IMG/VR virus record: IMGVR_UViG_3300044796_000596
Length of the DNA stretch: 64,000 nt
Reading direction: 5' to 3' (one strand)
Origin: an uncultured virus (IMG/VR IMGVR_UViG_3300044796_000596)
Lineage: Duplodnaviria > Heunggongvirae > Uroviricota > Caudoviricetes
This document shows positions 1 through 8,541 of this stretch, piece by piece. The first letter of the stretch is position 1. Every line of letters begins with the position of its first letter. Below the pieces are notes generated by a model, which saw only the letters and a list, made by a program, of their open reading frames with translations, was not told the origin of the DNA and made no database searches. The translations under genes and the position numbers were made by a program.

Positions 1-653
1 AGGCAGCATCCGTGCGGGCTTCCGTGGCTTGCGTGCGGGCCTCCCGTCGCCGCAGGCCGCGGCGCAAGCTGCTGCACGGAGAGGCGGGTCGCGTCCCGGA
101 TCCAGTGCTCCACGTACACGACGTCCTCCTTGATCACCGCCGTGTAGCTCCGCGGCCAGAACGCAGGATCGTCCGTGTCCACGATCGCCTTCGAGGTCTT
201 CGGAAACGCCTTCCAGTCGTTGCCGGCCCAGACCTTCCCCTCCGCGATCCGGAACGTCGTCGTGACCTCGATGACCGACCCATGGCCCCACTCGGGCGGC
301 CGCACGAGCTCGTAACGGTTGGAAGGCCCCCCGACCTGCTGCACGATGTACGGGCCCTGATCCGCCGGCGTGCCGCCGAGCCCGACCGCAAGCGTCACGG
401 GCAGGAACACGCGGTCGTTCACCTCGATGTCGACGTCGTCAGCGAGGAACGCCCCCGGAAACCGCCCCGTGATCTTGCCGGAGCCGCTCCCGTCGAAGGT
501 CCCCATCGACGTCAGGACCGCGCGGCAGGGCGGCGGCGACCAGCGGGCGATCGCCAGCGCGAGCCCGACCAGGTGGTTCCAGAGCGCCTGGTAGTAGTTC
601 ACCGTGTTGTTGGTCCGGAGGCTTGGCGGCGGAGGCGGGAGCGGGAGCGACAC
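1..653 (-). CDS. Partial gene (runs off window start; absent from ORF track); fibre/spike-like virion protein, paralog of the C-terminal domain of 718..1968
   Basis: Manual translation from GTG at 653 (GAGG RBS): VSLPLPPPPPSLRTNN...ALWNHL...CRAVLTSM...ADDVDIEVNDRVFLP...GPYIV...RPPEW...EGKVWAGNDWKAFP...DDPAFWPR...WIRD, open to the window edge. Aligns motif by motif with the neighbouring gene and resembles the DRVL..NGIY tail-fibre-associated domain. Confidence 0.7.
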   Translation of the reverse strand, partial: MSLPLPPPPPSLRTNNTVNYYQALWNHLVGLALAIARWSPPPCRAVLTSMGTFDGSGSGKITGRFPGAFLADDVDIEVNDRVFLPVTLAVGLGGTPADQGPYIVQQVGGPSNRYELVRPPEWGHGSVIEVTTTFRIAEGKVWAGNDWKAFPKTSKAIVDTDDPAFWPRSYTAVIKEDVVYVEHWIRDATRLSVQQLAPRPAATGGPHASHGSPHGCC

Positions 654-669
654 GAGGACCTCGACGAAG

Positions 670-724
670 TTGATCCGAAATTGATCCGAAATTGATCCGA
701 ACTTGATCAGAAATTGATCAGAAA
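670..724. repeat. 5 x 11-nt tandem repeat (TTGATCCGAAA / TTGATCAGAAA) spanning the stop codon of 718..1968
   Basis: Units at 670, 681, 692, 703, 714. Confidence 0.9.
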
Positions 725-1968
725 TTGACCGCGACGACGGTGAAGGCGCTTCCTGTCGTGCCCGTGATGCGGACGGAGCTGAAGCCAGGCACGCCGGGCA
801 CGACCTTGAGGACGAACGGATCGGCGTTGGTGCGAGCGGTCGCGCGTACGCGCGAGACGTCACGGATCCACCAGAGGGGCGCGGAGGCTGCGCCCTCGAT
901 CACCTCGCCCGAGGAGATGCGCGGGAAGAAGCACGGGTCGTCGCGACCGATGAGAGGAAGACCGTTCCGCCGCGCGATCACGGAGGCGAGCGAGTCGCTC
1001 GGGAAGGCGCGCCATTCGCTTCCACCCCAACGTCTCCCTTCCGTGCCGATCGTGAAGATCGTCTCGTGGGCCACGGCCCCGTCCGTCCACTCCGACGGCC
1101 GCTCGAGGAGCACCCGCTCGTTCGGGCTCCCCTGGTTTGTGATCGCAATGACGACGTAGGGCCCCGCGATCGTCGCGTCGAGCGCCCGGTGGGCTCCCTG
1201 GAGATCGAGCACGCATGCCGGAAGGAAGAGCCGATCCCCGATGCCGAACGGCACGTCATCGGCGACCACGCTCCCATTCACGGAGAGGACGCCGTGCGAC
1301 GACGTGCACGGCGCCATCCGCGTGATTACGGCCCGGCAGGACGGCGCATGGCGATGAAGCTCCTCGACGAGCTTCAGGAGGTAGTGCCAGAGCACCGCCG
1401 CGCGGTTGGGTGCGTTCTGGCGCAAGCTCGCCGGGGGCAACGGCAACGCGCACGCGGGTCGCGCAGGCGGAGGCGGCGGCGGCGGAGGCGGCGGCGGCGG
1501 AGGCGGCGGCGGCGGAGGCGGCGGCGGCGCGTGCTGCGCGTGCGGGCTTTGGTGACCATGGTGACCCGGCGGCGCCTGGTTCTGCGTGCGGCCCCGTCGC
1601 GTCGCGCCCGCCGTTTGGGCTTGGGGAGTACCCGCGCCTGCACCTGCACCCGCGCTCGCACCTGCGCTCGCACCTGCGCTCGCGCCTGCATCCGCACCGG
1701 CCGCGCGGAGTCGCTCTTCCGCGACGGCGAGCCGCTCGTAGAAATGGGTGAGCCATTCGACGGCCTTGGTGGCGTTTGCGTAAACGGCGATCTCCTCGTC
1801 GCCAGCGCCGGTGTCCGGATGCTTGAGCACGCCGGCGCCGATGAGCTTCCGGCGGGCTCTCCGGACGGCCTCGGCGTTTCGCGCCTCCTCGGGCTGCATC
1901 TGGAGGATGACGCGCGCCTGACGTTCGGTGTCGAGAAAAGAGGGCCGGGCGGGTCGCGGCGGCGGCAT
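718..1968 (-). CDS. Putative virion fibre/spike-like protein (N-terminal helical part, Ala/Gly and poly-Pro linker, C-terminal fibre-associated domain)
   Basis: 416-aa ORF; ADDVPFGIGDRLFLP...GPYVV...ERPSEW...EGRRWGGSEWRAFP; paralog directly downstream. Confidence 0.55.
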   Translation of the reverse strand: MPPPRPARPSFLDTERQARVILQMQPEEARNAEAVRRARRKLIGAGVLKHPDTGAGDEEIAVYANATKAVEWLTHFYERLAVAEERLRAAGADAGASAGASAGASAGAGAGAGTPQAQTAGATRRGRTQNQAPPGHHGHQSPHAQHAPPPPPPPPPPPPPPPPPPPPPARPACALPLPPASLRQNAPNRAAVLWHYLLKLVEELHRHAPSCRAVITRMAPCTSSHGVLSVNGSVVADDVPFGIGDRLFLPACVLDLQGAHRALDATIAGPYVVIAITNQGSPNERVLLERPSEWTDGAVAHETIFTIGTEGRRWGGSEWRAFPSDSLASVIARRNGLPLIGRDDPCFFPRISSGEVIEGAASAPLWWIRDVSRVRATARTNADPFVLKVVPGVPGFSSVRITGTTGSAFTVVAVNF

Positions 1969-2077
1969 CGGAGGAGAGGGAGCCTAGCACGGGGGCCCGA
2001 CCGGCCGCGCGATCCTAAATCGATCCTAAATCGATCGAAATCGTCTCCGCGGTGTGTTCGTGATAGGGGAGTTCGCG

Positions 2078-2461
2078 ATGAACCTCGCCTACCGCTCCGG
2101 GGCCATGCCCGACGATCTCGCGATCGACGAGTGCACGATCCGCCATGCGCGCGACACCACGACGGGCGTCACCTGGTGGCTCCTTTGGTTCTACGTCCGT
2201 CGGGACACGGATGGCGAGCCCGAGGTGTTCGCGGTGCCCGTGAATCCTGGGGGAGGCTTCGCCGAAAGCGGCCTGCCCGGGGGACGGACGTGGGGGCTCA
2301 CGCGGAGCCTGCCTGGCGTGTGGCAGGTGTCCCCGTCGATCAACGTGCTCGACGTGGACGACCGGCAGGTCCACATGGGCGTGCAGCCGGGGAAGTCGTC
2401 GCTTTGGCACCAGACGCCGACGCTCCTGAACGTTCCTGCGGGGGAACCGTGGATGGTCTGA
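2078..2461 (+). CDS. Hypothetical protein (weak resemblance to DUF6527-type proteins)
   Basis: ATG after GGGGAG RBS; W.LT...SPSINV...WH motif. Confidence 0.55.
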   Translation: MNLAYRSGAMPDDLAIDECTIRHARDTTTGVTWWLLWFYVRRDTDGEPEVFAVPVNPGGGFAESGLPGGRTWGLTRSLPGVWQVSPSINVLDVDDRQVHMGVQPGKSSLWHQTPTLLNVPAGEPWMV

Positions 2462-3045
2462 GCGCGGTCGGCGCCGTCGCGGTTAGCGCGGTTGGCGCGG
2501 CGAAGGCGGCCGTGGTGTTCGTCCTGAGCGGCTGGCGCGCGGCGTTCTTTGCGCGTGTGCTCGCGACGATGAACGCGCTCTCCCCCTGCGGAGCGGCGGA
2601 CGTCGCATGCGTCGAGCAGCACGAGCACGCGGCCTCGGTCATCGCATCCGTGGCGCTCAAGGATCCGAACCCCGAGGACGCAGCCGCGCGGCTCCTCGGC
2701 GCCGGCGCGCACGAGACGGGGTTCCGGACAAAGCTCCAGAAAAACGGCCCGGCCGTGTCGTGGTTTCAGCTCGAGGTGCCGAACCGCCCGTTCTATCTCG
2801 CGAACGACGTGGACGCGGCGCGTCGCGCGCTCGGGATCGCGCGCATGTGCCGCGGGTCGATGATCGGCTACGCCTCGGGCAACTGCGGATCGAAGGATTG
2901 GCGTGTGCTCGACACCGCGCGGCAACTCCGCGGGTGCATCGAGAGCGCGCGGCGGGGAGGCACATGGAAGTGCAGCAACCTCGTCCCGAAGCCCCCGCCG
3001 AAGCCCAAAAAGGGCAAGGCGAGGAAGGGAAAGCGGACATCGTGA
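2449..3045 (+). CDS. Putative lysozyme/lytic-transglycosylase-fold protein with hydrophobic N-terminus
   Basis: 3' part of ORF 1066..3045; GTG overlapping the previous gene; LLGAGAHETGF...GPAVSWFQL resembles the SLT ES...GxxQ signature. Confidence 0.4.
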   Translation: MDGLSAVGAVAVSAVGAAKAAVVFVLSGWRAAFFARVLATMNALSPCGAADVACVEQHEHAASVIASVALKDPNPEDAAARLLGAGAHETGFRTKLQKNGPAVSWFQLEVPNRPFYLANDVDAARRALGIARMCRGSMIGYASGNCGSKDWRVLDTARQLRGCIESARRGGTWKCSNLVPKPPPKPKKGKARKGKRTS

Positions 3046-3070
3046 CGCTCCGTACGTGTTTCGTTCGTGC

Positions 3071-3100
3071 TTGACCCCTCGCGGTCGTCGCGCGTATGAC
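3071..3100 (+). promoter_or_regulatory. Possible sigma70-type promoter, leaderless to GTG 3107
   Basis: TTGACC-N18-TATGAC-N6-GTG. Confidence 0.35.
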
Positions 3101-3106
3101 CGGCCG

Positions 3107-3883
3107 GTGACAAACGCACCCCTGAACGCAACCGATCGCGCGCGCAGGATGCCCCGAATCTTCGGGGTTTTCCTGGACGTTCTCCTCGTCTGCCTGCAAC
3201 TCGGCATCGTCCTGAGCGCATGTGACGCCGCGCCAGTCCGGCCGAATCTTGCCGGCGCGTCGGCCTCGTCGTCGACGGTGTCCATGCAGACGACCGCTCC
3301 GGACGATCAGGATCCGATGGCCCGGAAGCTTGCGCAGGAGGCGTCTGCACACCGCGCCGCGCCGCTCGTGCCCTCGGCCGTTTCTCCGGAGTCTCCGGAG
3401 GCCGCCCCGAGCGCGTCAGCAAGCACGTCGAGCGCGTCGAGCGCGTCAGCGAGCGCGTCGGCGAGCGCGTCCGTACCCATGTTCGTCGCCGGTCCGTCGT
3501 CCGACGCGCCGCCGCCTGCGCCGCCGTCCCGTCCCGCGTCCGAGGCCGGAAACCTCGTCCTTGCCCTGCTCGAGAGCGAGGACCAGGCGACCACCACGGC
3601 GAGCGCGCTGCGCTGGGAGATCACGCACCGTGGATCCGGTGGATCCGGAGGTGGCGCCTGGACGAATCACGTCCAGGCGGTCCACATCTACGAGAAGATT
3701 TGGGCCGTGCGCGTCGGGCCCGTGACGCAGACCGAGGCGTCGGCCCTCTGCTTCTGGCTCCTCCGACCGAGCACCACGGAGGTTTCGTGGATGGCGAAGG
3801 ATCCGCGCCGGCGGTGCCGCTACACGGACAAGCCGATGCTCACGAGCAAGACGCCGTACACGTTCCTGTTCGACAGCAAGTAA
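3107..3883 (+). CDS. Putative lipoprotein with Ser/Ala/Pro linker and C-terminal SPOR-like domain
   Basis: Hydrophobic stretch ending LSAC (lipobox-like); WAVRVGPVTQTEASALC resembles SPOR; start could also be ATG 3149. Confidence 0.45.
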   Translation: MTNAPLNATDRARRMPRIFGVFLDVLLVCLQLGIVLSACDAAPVRPNLAGASASSSTVSMQTTAPDDQDPMARKLAQEASAHRAAPLVPSAVSPESPEAAPSASASTSSASSASASASASASVPMFVAGPSSDAPPPAPPSRPASEAGNLVLALLESEDQATTTASALRWEITHRGSGGSGGGAWTNHVQAVHIYEKIWAVRVGPVTQTEASALCFWLLRPSTTEVSWMAKDPRRRCRYTDKPMLTSKTPYTFLFDSK

Positions 3884-3924
3884 CGAACACGCCGCGAGCG
3901 TGGGGCGGGGGAAGGGGAAAGAGC

Positions 3925-4698
3925 ATGGGGGAGCGCATGCGCGACACGGATCCCGAAATCGAGATCGACGTCCTCGACGACACGCAGGACTCGGAGCGCG
4001 CGAGGGTCCTGCTCGCGGACGAGCACGAGCACGAGCACGAGCACGAGCGCGAGCGCGAGATCACGCCCTCGCAGCGCGCGGCGCTCGACGCGGAGGGTCG
4101 AAGGATCCGCGAGCGCGACGCGTACGAGGCGGGCTGGAGGGAGACCCTCGCCAAGGTCGACGAGGCCGCGGGGATGCTCACGCCCAAAGAGCGCGTGCGG
4201 CTCGGGCTCGAGAACGCGAAGCGTGGACTCGTCGAAGGTCGAGCGCTTCACGAGCGCCTCACGTTCGAGCTCGACCGCGTCCGGACGGATCTCGCGGATG
4301 GCGAGGCGCAGCTCCGGGTGCTCTCGACGCAGGCGCGGTCGGCGCGCATCCCGCGCGTACGCAACCCGCATCAGGAGAGCGGGCCGAGGCGCCTCCCCGC
4401 GGACGTGCGACAGTCGGTGACGGAGAGGGTCCCCGTGGACGACCGCACGCGCGCGTCGCTCCGGACCATGGGTCTCGCGCCCGTGCGTCATCTGCCCCTC
4501 GTGCCTCAGCGCGGGGCGCCCTCCGCGCCCGAGGTCGCGCCGGAGCCGCCGCCGGAGGTGCCGAGGACGTTCCTCGACCGGATCGTGCACAAGATCCTTT
4601 ACCGCACGCCCGAGCCCTCGCGCGGCGCCAGGCTCACGGGAGCGACGAAAGCGACCGGAGCGACCGGAGCGACCGAAGCGCAGGAGGATCTCGGTTGA
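3925..4698 (+). CDS. Hypothetical coiled-coil protein
   Basis: ATG with purine-rich RBS; HE repeat; coupled to the next gene. Confidence 0.6.
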   Translation: MGERMRDTDPEIEIDVLDDTQDSERARVLLADEHEHEHEHEREREITPSQRAALDAEGRRIRERDAYEAGWRETLAKVDEAAGMLTPKERVRLGLENAKRGLVEGRALHERLTFELDRVRTDLADGEAQLRVLSTQARSARIPRVRNPHQESGPRRLPADVRQSVTERVPVDDRTRASLRTMGLAPVRHLPLVPQRGAPSAPEVAPEPPPEVPRTFLDRIVHKILYRTPEPSRGARLTGATKATGATGATEAQEDLG

Positions 4699-4928
4699 GC
4701 GCGGCGCTCATCGCGGACATCGCCGACTGCGAGGGGACGAGGCACCGCGTGTCCTCGGGAGGCAAGCACCCGTGCCCGATCTGCGAGCGCGTCGTGGCTG
4801 CGTATTTCTGGAGGGGGGCGTTCGTCCTCTCGATGCACCCGCCGCGCGAGCCGACCGATCCGACCGATCCGACCGATCCAGCGCTTGATCCTGATCCAGC
4901 ACCCGAGGATCCTGAGCCCGCTCCGTGA
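4695..4928 (+). CDS. Small Zn-finger-like hypothetical protein
   Basis: TTG overlapping upstream stop, AGGAGG RBS; C...CPIC...H. Confidence 0.45.
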   Translation: MSAALIADIADCEGTRHRVSSGGKHPCPICERVVAAYFWRGAFVLSMHPPREPTDPTDPTDPALDPDPAPEDPEPAP

Positions 4929-4956
4929 TAGGCTGAACGACCGAGGGAAGCGAAAA

Positions 4957-5091
4957 ATGACCACGGAGCCTCGCCCGAGCGGTCTCTCTAGGCTTGAGCG
5001 CGTTGCGTGGTTCGTCGCGCGTCACGATGCCGGCCTCGCCATCCTGATCGTGGTCGCCGTCGCGGCCGTCGCGTTCGTTCTGCTCCGTTGA
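4957..5091 (+). CDS. Small single-TM protein
   Basis: MTTEPR...LAILIVVAVAAVAFVLLR; TGATG coupling to the next gene. Confidence 0.45.
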   Translation: MTTEPRPSGLSRLERVAWFVARHDAGLAILIVVAVAAVAFVLLR

Positions 5092-5609
5092 TGGCGATGG
5101 AGCAGAACGAGCAGGACGAGCGGGACGAGCAGGACGAGCGGGACGACAAGGACTGCCCGCTCGACCCGGCCGAAAGAGAGCGGTGGATCGCGGCCCGCAG
5201 CGCGGCTCGCCTCGCCCGCGACCAGGAGGCGTACGCCGCCGGGATGCGCCGACAGGCGGCAGCGGTCGACGCTCGGGTCGTGCGCACCGGCGAGACGGTC
5301 GAGCAGGCCACGGAGGCGCTCTCGCGTGCCGTGTGCGACCTCCAGAACACGGCGATGCGGAAGCACTACCAGGAGCACGAAAAGTACGATGTTGTGGACG
5401 CTTGGTACGCCGAGGAACTCCGGAAGGTGTTCGGCGAGCCGCCCGCGCCGCCCGCGCCGCCGCCGGTCCAGGCGGGACGGCCGGCCACGCCAAGGCGGCC
5501 GCGCCTCACGCTCCCCGCTTGGCAGCAGGCTTGGCAGGCGGCACTGAGGCGTGGTACGGTCGGTCTTCCACGGGGGCGAACTGGCTTCGACGTGGGAAGG
5601 AAGGTCTGA
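5091..5609 (+). CDS. Hypothetical protein (3' end overlaps tmRNA 5' end)
   Basis: ATG coupled to upstream stop; helical sequence. Confidence 0.55.
   Translation: MAMEQNEQDERDEQDERDDKDCPLDPAERERWIAARSAARLARDQEAYAAGMRRQAAAVDARVVRTGETVEQATEALSRAVCDLQNTAMRKHYQEHEKYDVVDAWYAEELRKVFGEPPAPPAPPPVQAGRPATPRRPRLTLPAWQQAWQAALRRGTVGLPRGRTGFDVGRKV
5531..5560 (+). promoter_or_regulatory. Probable tmRNA promoter
   Basis: TTGGCA-N18-TACGGT with extended TG, 11 nt upstream of the tmRNA 5' end. Confidence 0.4.
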
Positions 5610-5949
5610 TCTGCGTGCTGGCGGCTCCTGCTCCGCCTACCAAGCTGGACGTCCAAATGCGAACGACAACGCAATCGCCGACAAGCTCGTCGTGACCCCG
5701 GTCCCGATGCGCTTCGCCGCCTAAAAAGCGGCACGGCTGTCTGAGGGGGAGATCGTCCTGGTACCCCGAAGGCATCGACCACGAGGGCTGGGTTGCGCGA
5801 GGACGCCCTCGATAGCGTGACCGAGATTCGCGAGGGATAGGTCGCGGCCGAATCCGCGAACCCAGCCGCCGGGGATACGGCGGCTACGCACGTGAATGAG
5901 GGTTGGGCTGGGCGTCTCGCGGACCCGAACTCGATATTCGGCGCCTCCA
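5572..5949 (+). ncRNA. ssrA: tmRNA (transfer-messenger RNA), one-piece
   Basis: 5' GGGGGCGAACTGGCTTCGACG; 3' T-arm CCGAA-CTCGATA-TTCGG then CGCCTCC-A; acceptor stem with G3:U Ala identity pair; helix-2 pairings GTGGGA/TCTCGC, GGTCTGATCT/GGGTTGGGCT, GCGTGC/GCACGT; tag frame 5659-5724 ANDNAIADKLVVTPVPMRFAA*; 378 nt; CCA not encoded. Confidence 0.93.
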
Positions 5950-6006
5950 CTACACGCACACGCACGTTGGCATCATCGAAGAAAACGGCGCAGCGGCCCG
6001 GTGAAT

Positions 6007-6119
6007 CCGGGGAACACGACGCAAAGGGCCATCCGGGCAGCCTCCTTTCGCGAATGGGAGGTCCGGTGGCGCGAACGAGAGGCTCGACGGGAAACCGCCG
6101 GGCCTTTCGTGTTTCACGG
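6007..6119. ncRNA. Candidate structured non-coding RNA, unidentified
   Basis: 6007-6030 pairs with 6100-6119; inner CCATCCGG/CCGGTGG, CCTCC/GGAGG and a CGG-GAAA-CCG tetraloop hairpin; no credible CDS. Confidence 0.3.
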
Positions 6120-6169
6120 CCTCAGTTTCGACGGCTCGCCGGCCAGATGGGTGGGAGCCCGATCGAGTA

Positions 6170-6313
6170 GGGCGCCGGCACGATCGGCGGTGGCGGCGGA
6201 GCGGGCGGGTCCCATGGTCGGAGCGGCCACGTGGGTAGCGTCCACGGTGCGTCCAGCGTCGGGGAACAGCTCGCCCAAAGAGCGACACGCTTGCCGCCGC
6301 AGTTCCGGCACCC
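6170..6313. ncRNA. Candidate long irregular hairpin RNA, unidentified
   Basis: GGGCGCCGG/CCGGCACCC closing stem with nested GGCGGTGGCGGCG/CGCTTGCCGCC and GGGCGGGTCCC/GGGGA..CTCGCCC. Confidence 0.25.
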
Positions 6314-6357
6314 AGGCTTTCCGCAGCCGAGGGAAATCATGCTAAATCTCCGGTAGC

Positions 6358-6413
6358 ATGAACTCGCGTCTGCAAACGCAAGCGTTCGCGGTGGGTCTGC
6401 TTTTCGTCGAGGG
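6358..6413 (+). pseudogene. 5' fragment of a membrane-protein gene interrupted by IS607
   Basis: MNSRLQTQAFAVGLLFVE-GG joins in frame to 8522..8864. Confidence 0.7.
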
Positions 6414-6467
6414 TCACGAACTGGTTCCGCTTGACTACCCACCTATGCCCGGTCATGGTCACCCGAC

Positions 6468-7067
6468 ATGAAACTCGCCGCTTGGGCCAAGGAGCAGGGG
6501 ATCGCCTACAAGACGGCGCATCGCTGGTTCCAGGCGGGGACATTGCCGGTGCGGTCGACGCAGCTACCGACCGGCACGATCCTCGTGCATCCCGAAACGC
6601 CCGCCGCTGCTGCGACGGGCGTGGCGCTCTACGCGCGGGTGTCGTCGGCCGATCAGAAGTCGGACCTCGACCGGCAGACGGCGCGTCTTGTGGAGTACGC
6701 GTCGGCGAACAAGATGCTCGTGATGAGGCACGTGTCGGAAGTCGGCAGTGGTCTGAACGGCCATCGGACGAAGCTGATCGCACTGCTCAAGGACGCGACC
6801 GTGCAGACGATCGTCGTGGAGCATCGCGATCGTCTGGCGCGCTTCGGGGTCGAGTACCTGGAGGCCGCGCTCGCCGCGCAAGGTCGCAAGCTGGTGGTCG
6901 TGGATCCGAAAGAGACGACGGACGACCTCGTGCAGGACATGATCGACGTGCTGACGAGCATGTGCGCGCGGCTTTACGGTCGGCGCTCGGCGAAGAACCG
7001 CGTGAAGAAGGCGGTCGCGGTGATCCAGGCACCGGAGCCGGCGGAGCCGGAGCCGAGGTCCGCGTGA
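6468..7067 (+). CDS. tnpA: IS607 transposase (MerR-like HTH + serine recombinase)
   Basis: MKLAAWAKEQGIAYKTAHRW HTH; YARVSS catalytic motif; EHRDRLARFG; ARLYGRRS. Confidence 0.95.
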   Translation: MKLAAWAKEQGIAYKTAHRWFQAGTLPVRSTQLPTGTILVHPETPAAAATGVALYARVSSADQKSDLDRQTARLVEYASANKMLVMRHVSEVGSGLNGHRTKLIALLKDATVQTIVVEHRDRLARFGVEYLEAALAAQGRKLVVVDPKETTDDLVQDMIDVLTSMCARLYGRRSAKNRVKKAVAVIQAPEPAEPEPRSA

Positions 7068-8500
7068 AGTCAAAGAAGTACAAGGGCCCGGTCCACGCGT
7101 TTCGGTACGAGCTGGATCCGAACGGCGGGCAGAAGGTGCTTTTCGCGAAGGGGTGCGGCATCCGTCGATCGGCGTGGAATTGGGGTCTCGGCAAACGCAT
7201 CGCGCTTCTGCGGACGTATCCGCCCGGCGATCCGCGTCGGTACACGAGCGCAGAAGAGCAGCACAAGGCGTGGAACGCGACCAAGGCGACGGAGCGGCCA
7301 TGGTGCTACGAGGTGTCGAAGTGCGCCGGGCAAGAGGCGCTCCGCGACCTTGAGCGGGCGTTTAAGCGGTACTACGACGGCCGATCCGGCAAGGGCCCGA
7401 CGACGGGCTTCCCGAGGTTCAAGCCCAAGTACCAACGCGAGCGGTTTCGGATCCCGAGAGCAGGAGCGTCGTCGCAGAGCCTCCGCCTTGAGGGTCGATC
7501 GATCGTGCTGCCCATGGTCGGCGCGGTGCGGCTCAAGGAGCAGCCGGACACGGAGTCGAAGCGGACTCGGAACCAGCACTTTCAAGGCCGGATCCTGTCG
7601 GCCACGGTGCGCAAGGTCGCCGATCGCTGGTACGTCTCGGTCAGCGTCGCGCTCGACAAGTCGGTGCCTGCACGGCCAGTCGAGAAGGTCGCTGGCGTGG
7701 ACCTCGGGCTCAAGACGTTCGCGGTGGTCGGCGAGCTCGGTGGTGATGGGGGCGATGCGCTGCCGCCGCTATCGATCGCGGCCCCGAAGCCGCTCAAGGC
7801 GGCGCTCGGCAAGCTCCGTCGCGCGCAGCGGAAGGTCGCGCGACGCGACACGTGGGCGATGTCGGCGAGCAAGAAGAACCCTCGGAAGAAGCGGCGCGAC
7901 GGGACGCAGAACAGGATCAAGGCGGTGCGTGCGGTTGCGCGCCAGCACGCGCGCGTCGCGAACGTGCGCCGCGACTTCCTCCAGAAGACGACGACGAAGA
8001 TCGGGAAGAGCTACGACGCGATCTGCATCGAGGACCTCTCGGTCCGATGGATCCTGAAGAACGAGAGACTCGCGCTCGCCGCGAGTGACCTCGGGCTCTA
8101 CGAATACCGCCGGCAGCTCGACTACAAGCAGCGGCTCCTCGGCTTCCGGCTCATCGTCGCTCCGCGGACCTTTCCGAGCACGCAACGCTGCTCGCGCTGC
8201 GGCGCGATCAAATGCGGCGCGGACAAACTCACGCTCGCGGATCGTACCTACGTCTGCGCGCACTGCGGGTTCGTCATCGATCGCGATGACAACGCCTCGC
8301 TCAATCTCGCGTGGTACGGCGGCGAAGTGATCGCCGGCCGGATTGCGCCGTCCTCCTTGGAGTTGCCAAGGGACGAAAAACTTGCCTGCCTAGAGGAACT
8401 GCCTCTGCCGGACGAGCTTCGGCTCGACCGTGCAAGCCGACCTCCGAGACCCAGGATGCTACCCATGACTGGTCGGACCATCTCCCGGGAGATGTCCTAA
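7064..8500 (+). CDS. tnpB: RNA-guided endonuclease TnpB
   Basis: GTG overlapping tnpA stop; FPRFK; RuvC-I GVDLG, RuvC-II IEDL, Zn finger CSRC..CAHC, RuvC-III DRDDNASLNL all intact. Confidence 0.93.
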   Translation: MKSKKYKGPVHAFRYELDPNGGQKVLFAKGCGIRRSAWNWGLGKRIALLRTYPPGDPRRYTSAEEQHKAWNATKATERPWCYEVSKCAGQEALRDLERAFKRYYDGRSGKGPTTGFPRFKPKYQRERFRIPRAGASSQSLRLEGRSIVLPMVGAVRLKEQPDTESKRTRNQHFQGRILSATVRKVADRWYVSVSVALDKSVPARPVEKVAGVDLGLKTFAVVGELGGDGGDALPPLSIAAPKPLKAALGKLRRAQRKVARRDTWAMSASKKNPRKKRRDGTQNRIKAVRAVARQHARVANVRRDFLQKTTTKIGKSYDAICIEDLSVRWILKNERLALAASDLGLYEYRRQLDYKQRLLGFRLIVAPRTFPSTQRCSRCGAIKCGADKLTLADRTYVCAHCGFVIDRDDNASLNLAWYGGEVIAGRIAPSSLELPRDEKLACLEELPLPDELRLDRASRPPRPRMLPMTGRTISREMS

Positions 8501-8541
8501 ATGTCTACGGAAGCTCAACGGCCTCGTGTGCCTCGGGAGCG
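8340..8541 (+). ncRNA. Predicted TnpB omega/reRNA (scaffold overlaps tnpB 3' end; guide from the flank after 8521); boundaries approximate
   Basis: Position expected from known TnpB biology; hairpin-rich sequence under a non-conserved TnpB C-terminal tail. Confidence 0.5.

Larger units (their letters stand above)
6414..8521 (+). mobile_element. IS607-family insertion sequence (tnpA + tnpB)
   Basis: Serine-recombinase TnpA overlapping TnpB; GG at both junctions (6412-6413, 8520-8521); right end ...CTCAACGG; no target duplication; excision restores an ORF. Confidence 0.9.

Noticed and set aside
5572..5949. tmRNA as a prophage attachment site
   Set aside because: No integrase or duplicated 3' fragment in the window, and phage-like genes with the same repeat style lie on both sides.
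6000..6070. c-di-GMP (GEMM), c-di-AMP or cobalamin riboswitch
   Set aside because: Only isolated words match (GACGCAAAG, GGTGAATCC); order and flanking helices do not fit.
6208..6270. tRNA-like start GGTCCCATGGTC
   Set aside because: No T-loop, anticodon arm or matching acceptor 3' strand.
6318..6361. dif/Xer site suggested by TCATGCTAAAT
   Set aside because: No XerC arm at the right spacing; better read as a palindrome (TCATGCTA-N9-TAGCATGA) over the start of the interrupted gene.
5950..6467. Group I intron upstream of IS607 (IStron)
   Set aside because: Some P4/P6-like words but no P7/J8-7 core, and the IS left end maps to 6414, outside this segment.
6431..8500. 689-aa TnpB as given in the ORF track
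   Set aside because: The first 211 codons overlap tnpA in another frame; the real start is GTG 7064.
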